Part shown: positions 62,221 through 64,000 of the stretch, in pieces
How the letters are laid out: each line of letters opens with the position of its first letter
Numbering within the stretch: position 1 is the first letter of the stretch
Origin: an uncultured Candidatus Binatia bacterium
Lineage (GTDB): Bacteria > Desulfobacterota > Binatia > UBA9968 > JAJDTQ01
Direction: 5' to 3'
DNA: 64,000 nt
Assembly (NCBI GenBank): GCA_964291295.2
Contig: OZ219754.1
Coordinates: forward strand, 1,536,001-1,600,000
Program-made: the position numbers and the translations under genes
Notes under the pieces: generated by a model
Seen by the model: only the letters and a program-made list of their open reading frames with translations
What the model was told of the DNA's origin: nothing
Databases searched by the model: none

Positions 62221-63600
62221 TTGTTGCTGGGCACCGACTCCGTCCTCACGGACCCCCGGGAGTTGGAGCGCTGCTCCCGGGATGCCCTGAGCCCGAGCCG
62301 CATTTATCCCTCACACCCCGATCGCTCGCGTCCCGATCCCCTGCGCCCCATCGTCCCGGTTCGTCCCCTGTGCGTCTGCACCCCCGCCAGCACCGCCGAG
62401 GTACAGGCCGTGGTGGGCGCGGCGAACGAGGCCCGGGTGCCCCTGGTGCCCTATGGCGGCGGTTCCGGGCTCATGGGTGGAGCCGCCTCGCTGACTCCCG
62501 GCATCGTCGTGGACCTGCGGCGGATGAACGCCGTGCTGGAGATCGACGCGGAGTCGTTTACGGCGCGGGTCCAGGCGGGCGTGGTGCTGGAGACCCTGAA
62601 AACGGAACTGCGGCGGTCCGGTCTACTGTTGGGGCACGATCCCTGGACACTGCCGGTGGCGACGGTGGGCGGGGCCGTCTCCACCAACGGCCTCGGGTAC
62701 CGGGGTGGCAGGTATGGCTCCATGGGAGAGCAGTTGCTGGGGCTTGAGGCCGTGTTGCCCCAAGGAGGGGTGTGCCGCACCCGGGGCGTCTCCAGGGGTT
62801 CCACGGGCATCGACCTCAACCACCTGTTCATCGGCGGTGAAGGGTGCTTCGGCATTGTCACGGAGGTGACCCTCCGGGTCTTTCCGGTTCCCGAAGCGAG
62901 GTCGCTCCAGGCCGTCCGGTTCGGCTCCTTCGCCCGGGGTTTTGACGCCGTCCGGAAGTTCGGCGCCGCCGGCCTGAGGCCGTCCCTGCTGGACTACGGC
63001 GATGAGACGGAGGATCCCGACGGACCGTCGGTCCTCTACCTCGGGTTCGAGGGCAAGGCCGAGGTCGTGGCTGCGGAGGAGACCGTGGCCCTGGGAATCT
63101 GCCTGGACCGAGGGGGCGACAGGCTGGATCCGGACAGGGCCTGGCGGTTCTGGCGCGAACGCCATGCGGCCGGCCGGCGCTTTGCCGCGAACCGGCGGGA
63201 GCACCGGCAACCGGACGGCAGCGGCGTGCACCAGGATTGGGTGCATGTGGCCTTGCCCGCCTCCCGGGTGCTGGCCTTCAGGCGGGAGGCCATCGCCCTG
63301 GTTGCCGCGCATGGGGCGCGCTTCCGGGAGAGCGGAATCTGGACGGGCCCGGAGTTCTTCTCGCTGCGGCTTGCCAGGGAGGGCGGCGAGCAGGCCCGGG
63401 CGGAGCTGGGCGGCGCGGTCTCTGCGGTGCTCCGGGCGGTCCGGCGTTTCGGCGGGTCCGTGGAGTACTGTCACGGAGTCGGTGTCAAGCTGTCGCCGTT
63501 CATGGGCCGGGAGCACGGCGACGGCCTGGAGTGGATGCGTTGGTTGAAACGCTGCCTGGACCCCAACGGCGTCATGAATCCCGGCAAGCTCGATTTGTGA
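62221..63600 (+). CDS. FAD-binding oxidoreductase (GlcD/alkyl-DHAP synthase-like, VAO/PCMH family); start uncertain
   Basis: PYGGGSG, VQAGV, ATVGG, IGGEGCFGIVTE, HGVG, LDPNGVMNPGKL. Confidence 0.88.
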   Translation: MLLGTDSVLTDPRELERCSRDALSPSRIYPSHPDRSRPDPLRPIVPVRPLCVCTPASTAEVQAVVGAANEARVPLVPYGGGSGLMGGAASLTPGIVVDLRRMNAVLEIDAESFTARVQAGVVLETLKTELRRSGLLLGHDPWTLPVATVGGAVSTNGLGYRGGRYGSMGEQLLGLEAVLPQGGVCRTRGVSRGSTGIDLNHLFIGGEGCFGIVTEVTLRVFPVPEARSLQAVRFGSFARGFDAVRKFGAAGLRPSLLDYGDETEDPDGPSVLYLGFEGKAEVVAAEETVALGICLDRGGDRLDPDRAWRFWRERHAAGRRFAANRREHRQPDGSGVHQDWVHVALPASRVLAFRREAIALVAAHGARFRESGIWTGPEFFSLRLAREGGEQARAELGGAVSAVLRAVRRFGGSVEYCHGVGVKLSPFMGREHGDGLEWMRWLKRCLDPNGVMNPGKLDL

Positions 63601-63633
63601 GATTTGCCAGGATCGTTCCGGCGGGGCCGGTCT

Positions 63634-63662
63634 TTGACAATTCCATGCAACGTCGATACGAT
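63634..63662 (+). promoter_or_regulatory. Sigma-70-type promoter
   Basis: TTGACA-17 bp-TACGAT. Confidence 0.7.
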
Positions 63663-63749
63663 GGCGTCCAGGCATGAGCGCAAGAGATTGTCGGAGAGAC
63701 TGTCGGAAGGACTGTCGGATACCATCGGACAGCCGACACCGGAACGGAG

Positions 63750-63781
63750 AGAACTGCACCTGAGGGTGTAGTTCTTTTTTT
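63750..63781 (+). terminator. Intrinsic terminator/attenuator hairpin
   Basis: AGAACTGCACC-TGAG-GGTGTAGTTCT followed by a T-run. Confidence 0.8.
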
Positions 63782-63812
63782 GTCCCGCGTCCGGTGATGG
63801 GAGGGTAATGTG

Positions 63813-64000
63813 TTGCGGGAGCAGTTGGAAACCTTGGCGGTGCTTCAAGGTATCGATCTGGAAGTGAAGGAACACAAGACCGCGCAGAGTCAACGACTGA
63901 AGGAAATCGCAACGCGTGAGAACGAGATCGCCAGGCTGACGGTGGAAGTCAAGACGTTGAAGGACGCGTGGCGGGAGAAGGATGCCGTCCGGCGGGCCAA
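63813..64000 (+). CDS. Probable coiled-coil/C4 zinc-ribbon (DUF164-type) protein, 5' part; runs off the window
   Basis: GGGAGGG RBS, then an open frame LREQLETLAVLQGIDLEV... that is helical and resembles the N-terminus of this family. The zinc ribbon itself is not visible. Confidence 0.55.
   Translation, partial: MREQLETLAVLQGIDLEVKEHKTAQSQRLKEIATRENEIARLTVEVKTLKDAWREKDAVRRA

Overview
GC-rich bacterial chromosome window. Gene content and order (rimP-nusA-ylxR-infB-DUF503-rbfA-truB-rpsO-pnp-M16 peptidase-dut, purB-C-S-Q-L-F, ntrB/ntrC-thiE, hydantoinases, MmgE/PrpD) suggest a deltaproteobacterial or Binatota-like organism, possibly host-associated; this is inference only. Four accessory patches interrupt the housekeeping backbone. 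(1) 1-7.1 kb: the end of an Rpn gene, an IS cluster containing an intact IS whose transposase is fused to a DUF4338/DruA-like domain, a decayed toxin-antitoxin pair and a frameshifted Gp37/Gp68 + TcmP pair. (2) 13.4-21.1 kb: four tandem ~600-aa TbpB-barrel surface lipoprotein paralogs with a near-identical stalk, mosaic variable heads, a C22 tract in copy 4 and spacers built from a broken terminator. This is the best candidate for an undescribed (surface-variation) system. (3) 26.7-31.6 kb: an AAA ATPase + S8 protease (IetAS-like) island between the convergent dnaB and thiE stop codons. (4) 51.8-54 kb: a decaying methyltransferase + NotI-family restriction pair inside the pur operon. Short tandem duplications are frequent, and a candidate Cys-rich leader-peptide attenuator lies at the right end. 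No rRNA, tRNA or CRISPR array was found. All calls come from reading the sequence by eye; no database searches were run.
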